Source: Acutalibacteraceae bacterium
GTDB lineage: Bacteria; Bacillota; Clostridia; Oscillospirales; Acutalibacteraceae
Reading direction: 5' to 3'
Assembly (NCBI GenBank): GCA_045649705.1
Contig: JAZRQI010000283.1
Coordinates: forward strand, 1 to 40,930
DNA length: 40,930 nt
A program made the translations under genes and the position numbers. Below the pieces are notes generated by a model, which ran no database searches, had not been told where the DNA came from, and saw nothing but the letters and a program-made list of their open reading frames with translations. This document shows positions 28,281 through 35,592 of the stretch, in pieces (within the stretch, counting starts at the first letter, position 1; the number at the start of each line of letters is the position of its first letter).

Positions 28281-28352
28281 GTTTAATCACATATAAAAAG
28301 AAAAAGTTATAAAAGTTTTTGATTTACACACAGAGAGGTTAAACTCTCTTTC

Positions 28353-28628
28353 TTAAATTAACTTAACACAAATACCAGCTATTACAGTACATATATAGCA
28401 TAAATTGATAAACCAAAACATAATTTTCGCAAATACTCTTTTTCCATTTGAAGCATCAGTGTCCCTGCTCAATAAGAACAACATAATCTGAATTGGTAAA
28501 AAAAACACAAGCACACCCAATGCACTACCGATAAAAGACTCTATCTTCACATTGTTTTGCCTCATTATAAAAATTATAATGAACTCTATTAACACTATTA
28601 TTGAAAGAATCTTATAATGTTTTTTCAT
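28353..28628 (-). CDS. small hydrophobic membrane protein (three predicted spans), unknown function
   Basis: 91-aa ORF with three hydrophobic segments, in a more AT-rich segment. I recognise no family. Confidence 0.5.
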   Translation of the reverse strand: MKKHYKILSIIVLIEFIIIFIMRQNNVKIESFIGSALGVLVFFLPIQIMLFLLSRDTDASNGKRVFAKIMFWFINLCYICTVIAGICVKLI

Positions 28629-28709
28629 ACTGCACCTTCTATTGAAATTATTTAAAAATCAATCTTTGATTTATATCAATATTCAATCACATATTTTTTC
28701 GATAACTTG

Positions 28710-29288
28710 CTATTTATACCACAGCTTACCTTTATCAAACTCAACAACACCGTTTATCATAATTTTATAATCATCAGGTAATTCATCAAGACACCAATAC
28801 CAATAATTATGTTCAAACAACAAAGAATACTCAAATTTTTCATACGTAGTGTTCAGCGAGTCTGAAACAGTTATCATACCGTAATCTTCTTCAGAATAAA
28901 ATGGTTGTGATACCATTATCATATATTTGCCTTTGTACTCTCTTATTATGAGAGTATAATTTGGTTCTTTACCATCAACCGAAAAATATGGGTTAGCTAT
29001 TACATTTTCAGAAATAACTCTCCAACCCTCTTCTGTCTGAAGTAGATATTGAAAAGAATAATTATTAACTTCTGTTCTGCAACAACCGAAACCTGTACCA
29101 TTTTGATATACAAACTCATAGTCTTCACTCAGCAGAGTTTCTTCAACTGCCTCTTCTGGTGTCGGATAACTCTCACTGACATAAAATGGGTTGTTCTGAT
29201 AATTGACAAAAAAATCGAACAATACATACAAAGCAATTACAACCGATACACCTATTAGTATTACTTTTTTCAGTTTTTTATTTTTCAT
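28710..29288 (-). CDS. N-terminally anchored extracytoplasmic protein, unknown function
   Basis: The start MKNKKLKKVILIGVSVVIALYVLF is an anchor or signal. An AGGAGG RBS and its own TTGAAA-17-TATAAT promoter (29334-29362) are present. The Tyr/Glu-rich globular part matches no family I recognise. Confidence 0.65.
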   Translation of the reverse strand: MKNKKLKKVILIGVSVVIALYVLFDFFVNYQNNPFYVSESYPTPEEAVEETLLSEDYEFVYQNGTGFGCCRTEVNNYSFQYLLQTEEGWRVISENVIANPYFSVDGKEPNYTLIIREYKGKYMIMVSQPFYSEEDYGMITVSDSLNTTYEKFEYSLLFEHNYWYWCLDELPDDYKIMINGVVEFDKGKLWYK

Positions 29289-29320
29289 CCTACACCTCCT
29301 ACAGCGATAAGAGTAACCAC

Positions 29321-29368
29321 TTACTTCTACCTAATTATACACTTTCCAAAAACTAATTTCAATATATC
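29321..29368 (-). repeat. copy B of the duplicated promoter element; functional promoter of the 192-aa gene
   Basis: The minus strand reads TTGAAAttagtttttggaaagtgTATAAT, with the -35 at 29357-29362 and the -10 at 29334-29339. It matches 28160-28207. Confidence 0.7.
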
Positions 29369-29376
29369 GTTAAATA

Positions 29377-29405
29377 TTGCAAAAACAAAAAATATATGAT
29401 ACAAT
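29377..29405 (+). promoter_or_regulatory. candidate mscL promoter (TTGCAA-17-TGaTACAAT)
   Basis: TTGCAA lies at 29377-29382 and the extended -10 TGATACAAT at 29397-29405, about 30 nt upstream of the mscL ATG. Confidence 0.6.
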
Positions 29406-29436
29406 GTAGAAAAACATTCAAAAAGGACGGATAAAA

Positions 29437-29928
29437 ATGAAAAAAAGCACATTCTTCAAAGATTTTAAAGAGTTCATCACAAAAGGCAATATCATTGATA
29501 TGGCTGTCGGCGTTGTAATCGGCGGTGCTTTCGGCAAAATCGTTACAGGTCTTGTTGAAAACATCATCAACCCCGTTATTGCTAAGCTTACAGGCAAAAT
29601 CAATATGAACGAACTTATGTATGAGATTCAGCCCGCTACAGACACTGCTGATGCTATCAACATTATGTGGGGTGCTTGGCTTCAGACAATCATCGATTTC
29701 ATCATCGTTGCTTTCTGTGTATTCGTTGTTCTTCGTGTTATCGTAAAACTCAAAAACAAACTTGATGCTGCTAAAATTGCTGAAGCAGAAGCTAAGGCTG
29801 CTGAAGAAAAAGCAAAAGCAGATGCAGAGCTCGAAGCAGTTAAAGCTCGTCAGACTCAGCTTGAAGAAAGCACTCTCAACCAGGAAAAACTCCTTTCAGA
29901 AATTAAAGATATTCTCAGCAAAAAATAA
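29437..29928 (+). CDS. mscL: large-conductance mechanosensitive channel MscL with extended C-terminal helix
   Basis: The conserved TM1 region NIIDMAVGVVIGGAFGKIV is present, followed by a second TM and a long Ala/Glu/Lys-rich helical tail. Confidence 0.92.
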   Translation: MKKSTFFKDFKEFITKGNIIDMAVGVVIGGAFGKIVTGLVENIINPVIAKLTGKINMNELMYEIQPATDTADAINIMWGAWLQTIIDFIIVAFCVFVVLRVIVKLKNKLDAAKIAEAEAKAAEEKAKADAELEAVKARQTQLEESTLNQEKLLSEIKDILSKK

Positions 29929-29941
29929 TTCTTACATAGTT

Positions 29942-29973
29942 AAGGCAGTCAGAAGTGACTGCCTTGTTTTTTT
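29942..29973 (+). terminator. rho-independent terminator of mscL
   Basis: AAGGCAGTCA-GAAG-TGACTGCCTT is followed by GTTTTTTT. Confidence 0.88.
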
Positions 29974-30007
29974 ATTCATTATGTGGTAAAATCAAGAAAA
30001 GTTAACA

Positions 30008-31003
30008 ATGAAAGGATCTTTGACTATGTTATTTTTTAATAAAATTTCTTCTTTTTTCTTTATGCTGATTCTGACAATCACTTCACTATTCGGATTACCT
30101 CTCAACGGGTACGAATCAAGACAGTTATTTAACGACATTAGTTTTGAAAAAGGATTCACGGTTATGTCCCAGACTACAGAAAACGGTGTCGGAATTGAAC
30201 TTGGTAATTTCACTTACAACGATAACAATGAAACTCCCAACTGGATGATAGCTCAGTGGAATTCAGGAAACTGTCTTTGGGAAAACAGAACCGACAGTGA
30301 CAAATTCACAATCACAGACGGTCTCACAAAAACTGTCACCTACAATCCTGATGACAAATCAGTTTCAATGAGACTAAATGCTGCAAATATTTATAACGGT
30401 GGGCCTGCACCGTATGAAAACTGGCCTCACCTGCTCCTTGAACAGTCACCCATCTGCGACTATTTCCAATTAAGCGAAGAAGACAAGTCTTTCTACAACT
30501 GTTCAGCAGACAGAATAATTTTGTCACTTGATATAAGGCTTGAAGATTTTAAGGACACCACAAATAAAGACGGCGTGAACGCTGCACAGCATCTCGCATA
30601 TTTCTACCTCAAAGGAACAGATAACAACAAATTTATCTGGTTCGGTGTAAATCTCTTTGACAGCAGAGGTTATATGGACGAAACATGGTCACTTGACAAA
30701 GGAAGCGGTCAGATGATTTACTCTCTTTCGACAAAAGATACCTTCGGAAGCAAACGTAATTCGCTTTACAGGAACGGAAAGCCATATGTTTCTGACGAAT
30801 GGACACACATAGAAATTGATTTAAAGCCGTATATCGAACACGCAATGGTACGTGCAAACGAATCCGATACTTTTGGTGAGGAAGTCGGCGCAGAAGATTT
30901 CTACATTGGTGGAACAAATATCGGTTTTGAAATCCACGGAAACTACGATTGCACCGTTGGTATAAAGGATTTCAAACTGACATCATATAATAAAGTTAAA
31001 TAA
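30008..31003 (+). CDS. secreted protein of unknown function
   Basis: It has a hydrophobic N-terminal signal (…FFFMLILTITSLFGLPLNG). ATG 30026, preceded by AAAGGA, is an alternative and perhaps better start. I recognise no family. Confidence 0.7.
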   Translation: MKGSLTMLFFNKISSFFFMLILTITSLFGLPLNGYESRQLFNDISFEKGFTVMSQTTENGVGIELGNFTYNDNNETPNWMIAQWNSGNCLWENRTDSDKFTITDGLTKTVTYNPDDKSVSMRLNAANIYNGGPAPYENWPHLLLEQSPICDYFQLSEEDKSFYNCSADRIILSLDIRLEDFKDTTNKDGVNAAQHLAYFYLKGTDNNKFIWFGVNLFDSRGYMDETWSLDKGSGQMIYSLSTKDTFGSKRNSLYRNGKPYVSDEWTHIEIDLKPYIEHAMVRANESDTFGEEVGAEDFYIGGTNIGFEIHGNYDCTVGIKDFKLTSYNKVK

Positions 31004-31011
31004 CAAACAAC

Positions 31012-31046
31012 AAAGCCACACTCATTGCTGAGTGTGGCTTTGTTTT
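31012..31046. terminator. bidirectional terminator between convergent genes
   Basis: The 12-bp stem AAAGCCACACTC/GAGTGTGGCTTT has TTTGTTTTT on plus and TTTGTTGTTTGTT on minus. Confidence 0.85.
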
Positions 31047-34003
31047 TACCAGAGAAGCGCAGTCTTCTTAACATGTCTCAGAATAGAAGTATAATCAAGA
31101 ACATTGACTTTACCATTTGCATCAACATCTGCACAGATTGCCTCATAACCTTCAAGAAGTTTTGTTTTCTTAACATGACGCAATACCATTGTATAGTCAA
31201 GAACATTAAGTTTGCCATCACCATTCACATCACCGATAAGATGAATTTTATATTCAAGACCTGAAATCTCCTTACCGCTTACTGTGAGTTCATATTCACG
31301 CATTGTGTGGTTCCACTTAATTATTCTCACCTGATATGTTCCGCTGGGAACACTTTCGAATAAAAACTCATTGACTCCAAAACCTTCGACATCAACAATC
31401 CGGATCGTTTCACCATTCTGCATTAACTCAATTGTAGAAATTGATTCACCTTCATCACCTTCATATGATGGGAAACTTTCAAGTATACCTGAAACGACAT
31501 AGCCTGACGGATCGAAAACCAAATCAAGACTGATTTCCTGACCGTTTAATGAACCTATAAATTCTGCAAAGAAAAGTGTAATTTCCTCAACAACTTCATC
31601 ACTTGTTTGACAGGATTCAAGATTTGATATAAAATCACTAACATTTCCGTTATCACTATAACCTGAAATTCCTATTGTAAGGAAATCATTGAATGTCATT
31701 CTGTGGTTGCCAATTGCAAAAATTGAACCTACAGGAATATAAATTTCAATCAATCCGTCTTCAATAGCTTCTGCTTTTTCAAACTTGAATTCAGGTTTTT
31801 CTTCAACCTTACTGAATGTATAAATCTCATCCGGATTTTCAAAAGTAAGCCTATCTGTACCTATCTGAATGTATGCTGTACCGGGAAGTTTGATATGGTT
31901 TGTGATACGATTTGCCTCTTCTTCATCCGTGGGGAAGTCTTCATCATATTTCTCGATTTTTTCAGATGTAATATGAGACACAAACTCGCTGAATGCTGCA
32001 CTTGCATCATCCTTGCTTGTAGGCACCGCGTTCATTACATATAACTCTGATGTATTTGCTGAAGTAATATTATAATCAAAATTCTTATAGACAACATTGC
32101 TTGTTGAATCCTTGGTACTTACTGTACCTGACAATGTTGCATTTTTAAAAGCAGATAAATAATCTCCAAATGCAATTTCTTTACCCGTTTCTGATTTCAC
32201 TGTACTCTGATAAGTAACCTCATCTTCAATGCCGAATGAAGGCATATCAGAAACAGAGAGAGATGTTGTAACACCGCTTGTATTAACTATCGAGTTTTTA
32301 GGAACTGTAAAATTAAAATTAAAGTCTGAGTCTGCAACAGTTGTAAAGAAGGTATTACCGTTTGACTGTGCACTCATAATAAAATTACCTACAGGTTTAG
32401 GCATAATATGTGAACTGATAACAACATCACAGTCTGCACAATGGATATATCTTATACCATCAACAATAGCAGTAGGATAGATATACTCTGCTCTGCCCGG
32501 TGTATGACCTTTTGCGGGAGTAAATCCATCATTATATGTATGGTCTCCACGGATACAGGAGTAAATTGTATAACCCTCTTCAAGACAAGTAGGTGGTACT
32601 ACTTCTGTTTCATATTCGTGACCGAGTTCATCGAGTACGCGTGTGTTAACCGGATTTCCGCACATTGTACAGTGCTGTGCTTCCTCACCCTTTGTTGTAC
32701 AAGTGGGAGCAATTGTAACAACCCATTCATCTGAGGGATTACAAGCAGATGCATCACCTACTACGGTTTTTGTCTTACCGCAGATACAAGTGTATGTTGT
32801 TGTTCCGCCACTACCACAAGTTGCTGAACCACCAATAATAGGATCTTTGTAATATCCCCATTTATCAACATCATCTTTATACATATCCCAGATACAAGGT
32901 GCTTCCTGAAGATTACTGAACGCATCAACAAGTGCCTGGTCAGCATTTTTACCGTTTTCACAGGCAATTCGGAATCCGTAGTTGGGACCTGCAACTGCAA
33001 GACCTACCTGATATGCCATATCAAGTGCTGAAACGAAGTTACTCCACGATTCTGCAGTATATCTGCCCTCCTGTACATAACAACCGTCCACAAACATACC
33101 ATTAAGGCCAAGCATTCTGTCCGCATACGTTTTAGCACTCTGTTTATCAAAACTATCAAGATAGTACATTTCTGTGCTAAGAACAGTGTTTGACTCATCA
33201 TCCCACTTTACATTTGTGGCATTCATATCAATTGTGAAATTATAGTAACCCGAATCAGGAGTTGACCACATAAGCCATGTGCCTTCTGCCTCCTGTCTGT
33301 ACCACTGAACTGTGGGCCAGTGAACATCATAGAATCTCATTGTATCTGGAACATTACCGGATATAACCTGAGTTACTGATGTTCTTGTGCTGAATGTAAT
33401 GAAAAAGTGCTGCGTTTTCAATGTGTAAAGAAGTGCAGCTGAGGGCACCTGAACATAACAGGAATTAAGTTTATCCATCGATGTAAAACGTGCACCATCG
33501 TCCAAATCACCAGGGTTATTGGGTTCTGTGCCGATTGCACCTGTTTTCTCTTCGGTAGCAGAAGCCACACCATAAGCGTATCCTGTAAGGTTTTTCCATA
33601 CAGTATCGCCGTTCTTATCAAGAATATCATATTTGATTGTGTAGCGTACCACTGAGTTTGTGGTTTCGCTGATATGACCTGTTACAGGAAACTTCGTTTC
33701 ACTTTCAACAATCTGATCTGCCTGATATGTAACAGTAAGATTTGAGGTGTCCCCCTCTTCAACAAAAGGAAGTTCTACGCCTATATTATCAATTCTGACT
33801 TTATAATTACTGTCAGTTATGGTTGCAACAAAGTTTGCTTCAACTTTCGTTACACCTATAATATCATTTTCCTGTCTGAATTGAACAGGGTTGAAACTTT
33901 CCGCACCGCCGCCGATACCTATCTGACGGGCACTTACCGCCATAGAAAAACAACCGGCAAGAATTGTCAGAACAAGAATCACAGAAATGACCTTTTTGAA
34001 CAT
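31046..34003 (-). CDS. secreted modular dockerin protein, architecture A-module / Cys-repeats / C-module / dockerin (985 aa)
   Basis: Signal peptide MFKKVISVILVLTILAGCFSMAVSA. The N-half is collinear with the 810-aa paralog and the C-half with the 463-aa paralog. The C-terminus GDVNGDGKLNVLDYTMVLRHVKK...ADVDANGKVNVLDYTSILRHVKK is a two-segment dockerin. GGAGG RBS. Confidence 0.85.
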   Translation of the reverse strand: MFKKVISVILVLTILAGCFSMAVSARQIGIGGGAESFNPVQFRQENDIIGVTKVEANFVATITDSNYKVRIDNIGVELPFVEEGDTSNLTVTYQADQIVESETKFPVTGHISETTNSVVRYTIKYDILDKNGDTVWKNLTGYAYGVASATEEKTGAIGTEPNNPGDLDDGARFTSMDKLNSCYVQVPSAALLYTLKTQHFFITFSTRTSVTQVISGNVPDTMRFYDVHWPTVQWYRQEAEGTWLMWSTPDSGYYNFTIDMNATNVKWDDESNTVLSTEMYYLDSFDKQSAKTYADRMLGLNGMFVDGCYVQEGRYTAESWSNFVSALDMAYQVGLAVAGPNYGFRIACENGKNADQALVDAFSNLQEAPCIWDMYKDDVDKWGYYKDPIIGGSATCGSGGTTTYTCICGKTKTVVGDASACNPSDEWVVTIAPTCTTKGEEAQHCTMCGNPVNTRVLDELGHEYETEVVPPTCLEEGYTIYSCIRGDHTYNDGFTPAKGHTPGRAEYIYPTAIVDGIRYIHCADCDVVISSHIMPKPVGNFIMSAQSNGNTFFTTVADSDFNFNFTVPKNSIVNTSGVTTSLSVSDMPSFGIEDEVTYQSTVKSETGKEIAFGDYLSAFKNATLSGTVSTKDSTSNVVYKNFDYNITSANTSELYVMNAVPTSKDDASAAFSEFVSHITSEKIEKYDEDFPTDEEEANRITNHIKLPGTAYIQIGTDRLTFENPDEIYTFSKVEEKPEFKFEKAEAIEDGLIEIYIPVGSIFAIGNHRMTFNDFLTIGISGYSDNGNVSDFISNLESCQTSDEVVEEITLFFAEFIGSLNGQEISLDLVFDPSGYVVSGILESFPSYEGDEGESISTIELMQNGETIRIVDVEGFGVNEFLFESVPSGTYQVRIIKWNHTMREYELTVSGKEISGLEYKIHLIGDVNGDGKLNVLDYTMVLRHVKKTKLLEGYEAICADVDANGKVNVLDYTSILRHVKKTALLW

Positions 34004-34051
34004 TTTTATTTTCCTCCTCGCATTCTCGTAAAATACAAATACGTCTATATA

Positions 34052-34080
34052 ATCATAGCACTTTCAAAAAGATAAATCAA
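34052..34080 (-). promoter_or_regulatory. candidate promoter of the 985-aa gene (TTGATT-17-TATGAT)
   Basis: The minus strand reads TTGATTtatctttttgaaagtgcTATGAT. It sits between the upstream terminator and the RBS. Confidence 0.45.
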
Positions 34081-34091
34081 GTAAAATCAAT

Positions 34092-34131
34092 AAAAAAACA
34101 CCTCTTACGACATGATATCGTAAGAGGTGTT
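34092..34131 (-). terminator. rho-independent terminator of the 463-aa gene
   Basis: The 12-13 bp stem CACCTCTTACG/CGTAAGAGGTG is followed on the minus strand by T7. Confidence 0.88.
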
Positions 34132-34144
34132 AATTTAAAAAATC

Positions 34145-35503
34145 TTACCAGAGTGTATCTGTTTTCTTAACATGTCGGAGAATTGCTGCATAGTCTGAAA
34201 CATTCACTCTGCCGTCGCCATTGACATCAGCACAGTCGTATTCATAACCGGTAAGTTCCGCTGTTTTCTTAACGTGTTTGAGAGTTTCTGTGTAGTCCAT
34301 AACGTTGATTTTATCATTACCGTCAACGTCACCGATAAGGTTAAGTTTAAGGTTTTCAATAACAATCTCACCGTTAACTTCGATTTCGTATTCACGTGTT
34401 ACGTGATTTTCTTTTGAAACTCTGATTGTGTATGTACCGTTTGTTACAGCATCAAAGTTATAAGAATCTGTTGCTGTGATTGACTGAAGAACTTCACCAC
34501 CAGATACGAGTTCAATTGTTGTTTCTTCATCTGCAAGAGCACTGTCAATTGAACCTGAAACCTGTGTGCCTTTTTCTTCTTCAAATTCAACATTTACAAC
34601 AAGATCGTTGCCGTCAATTGAGTTAGCAAAGTCTGTAATAAAGAGAACACCTGCAATGATAATCTCTTCATTTGACTGACAATCTCGAAGTGTTGAGAAG
34701 ATTGTGTTTACGGTATCATTATCATCATAACCGTACATTTTGATTGTTGCACTGTCATTGAGTGTTACAATAGACTGACCAACTGCAAGAACTGTACCTG
34801 CAGGAATATATGCTTCAATCTGTGCATCTTCAAGTTCTTCAACTTCTTCAAGTTTAACTGCTGATCTGATTTCTGCTTTAAGGCCTGTACCCTGCATAAT
34901 GTTGTCAAGTTTCACTGTTTCTTCTGTATTTTCAAAAGAAAGTTTTTCTGTACCAATCTGAATATATGCAGTACCGGGAATTTCAGCATAACTGTCATCT
35001 TCTGCTTTTGTTCCTGCTGTTATGTGTGATGCGAGTGCCTGATAAGCTTCTCTTACTGCTTCTTCACTTTCAGGGATTGCTTCGACTGTGTAACTTTCAG
35101 CAGTATCAAATGCTTCGATATTATATTTATATTCAATACCGTCAATTGTACCTGAAACTGTTGCACTTTCAAAAGCAGGAAGATAGTTATCAAATGCAAC
35201 TTCATTGTCAACGCCTGTTGTAATTGTTTTTGAATAAGTTCTTGTGCCTGTGATACCGAGAGATGCGATATCTGTCATACTGATTGTGCCTGTAAGTTCT
35301 TTTGCATTGATAACAGAGCCAAAAGGAACTGTAAGTTTAGCAGAATAGTCGCTCATTACAACGCCTTTCATAAAATCTGTACCATTTGAATTAAGTGTCA
35401 CTGACACTTTTTCGCTGATGTCATCCTTAGCTGTAACTGCCATTGAGAAACAGCCGAAAACAACAGCCAGTGCAAGGAAAAGTGCAATAATTTTTTTACA
35501 CAT
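34145..35503 (-). CDS. secreted dockerin protein, architecture C-module / dockerin (452 aa from ATG 35503)
   Basis: The signal is MCKKIIALFLALAVVFGCFSMAVTA, with a GGAGG RBS 8 nt upstream of ATG 35503 (track start 35536 is TTG). The body is collinear with residues about 540-985 of the 985-aa paralog. The dockerin is GDVDGNDKINVMDYTETLKHVKK...ADVNGDGRVNVSDYAAILRHVKK. Confidence 0.85.
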   Translation of the reverse strand: MCKKIIALFLALAVVFGCFSMAVTAKDDISEKVSVTLNSNGTDFMKGVVMSDYSAKLTVPFGSVINAKELTGTISMTDIASLGITGTRTYSKTITTGVDNEVAFDNYLPAFESATVSGTIDGIEYKYNIEAFDTAESYTVEAIPESEEAVREAYQALASHITAGTKAEDDSYAEIPGTAYIQIGTEKLSFENTEETVKLDNIMQGTGLKAEIRSAVKLEEVEELEDAQIEAYIPAGTVLAVGQSIVTLNDSATIKMYGYDDNDTVNTIFSTLRDCQSNEEIIIAGVLFITDFANSIDGNDLVVNVEFEEEKGTQVSGSIDSALADEETTIELVSGGEVLQSITATDSYNFDAVTNGTYTIRVSKENHVTREYEIEVNGEIVIENLKLNLIGDVDGNDKINVMDYTETLKHVKKTAELTGYEYDCADVNGDGRVNVSDYAAILRHVKKTDTLW

Positions 35504-35539
35504 ATTAAGACCTCCGTTTATTTTTAATTGTCTCAAATT

Positions 35540-35568
35540 ATAATATCACCATTTAGTTATAAAATCAA
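35540..35568 (-). promoter_or_regulatory. candidate promoter of the 463-aa gene (TTGATT-17-TGaTATTAT)
   Basis: The minus strand reads TTGATTttataactaaatggtgaTATTAT, in the 89-nt gap after the 810-aa gene. Confidence 0.45.
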
Positions 35569-35592
35569 GTCTGTTTGTTAAAAGATTATTTT

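Noticed and set aside
28005-29368. tRNA-adjacent genomic island or prophage remnant
   Set aside because: No integrase, recombinase or phage gene is present. The flanking repeats are not derived from the tRNA 3' end and are imperfect. The segment is only about 1.1 kb. I report it only as a small duplicated or inserted cassette.
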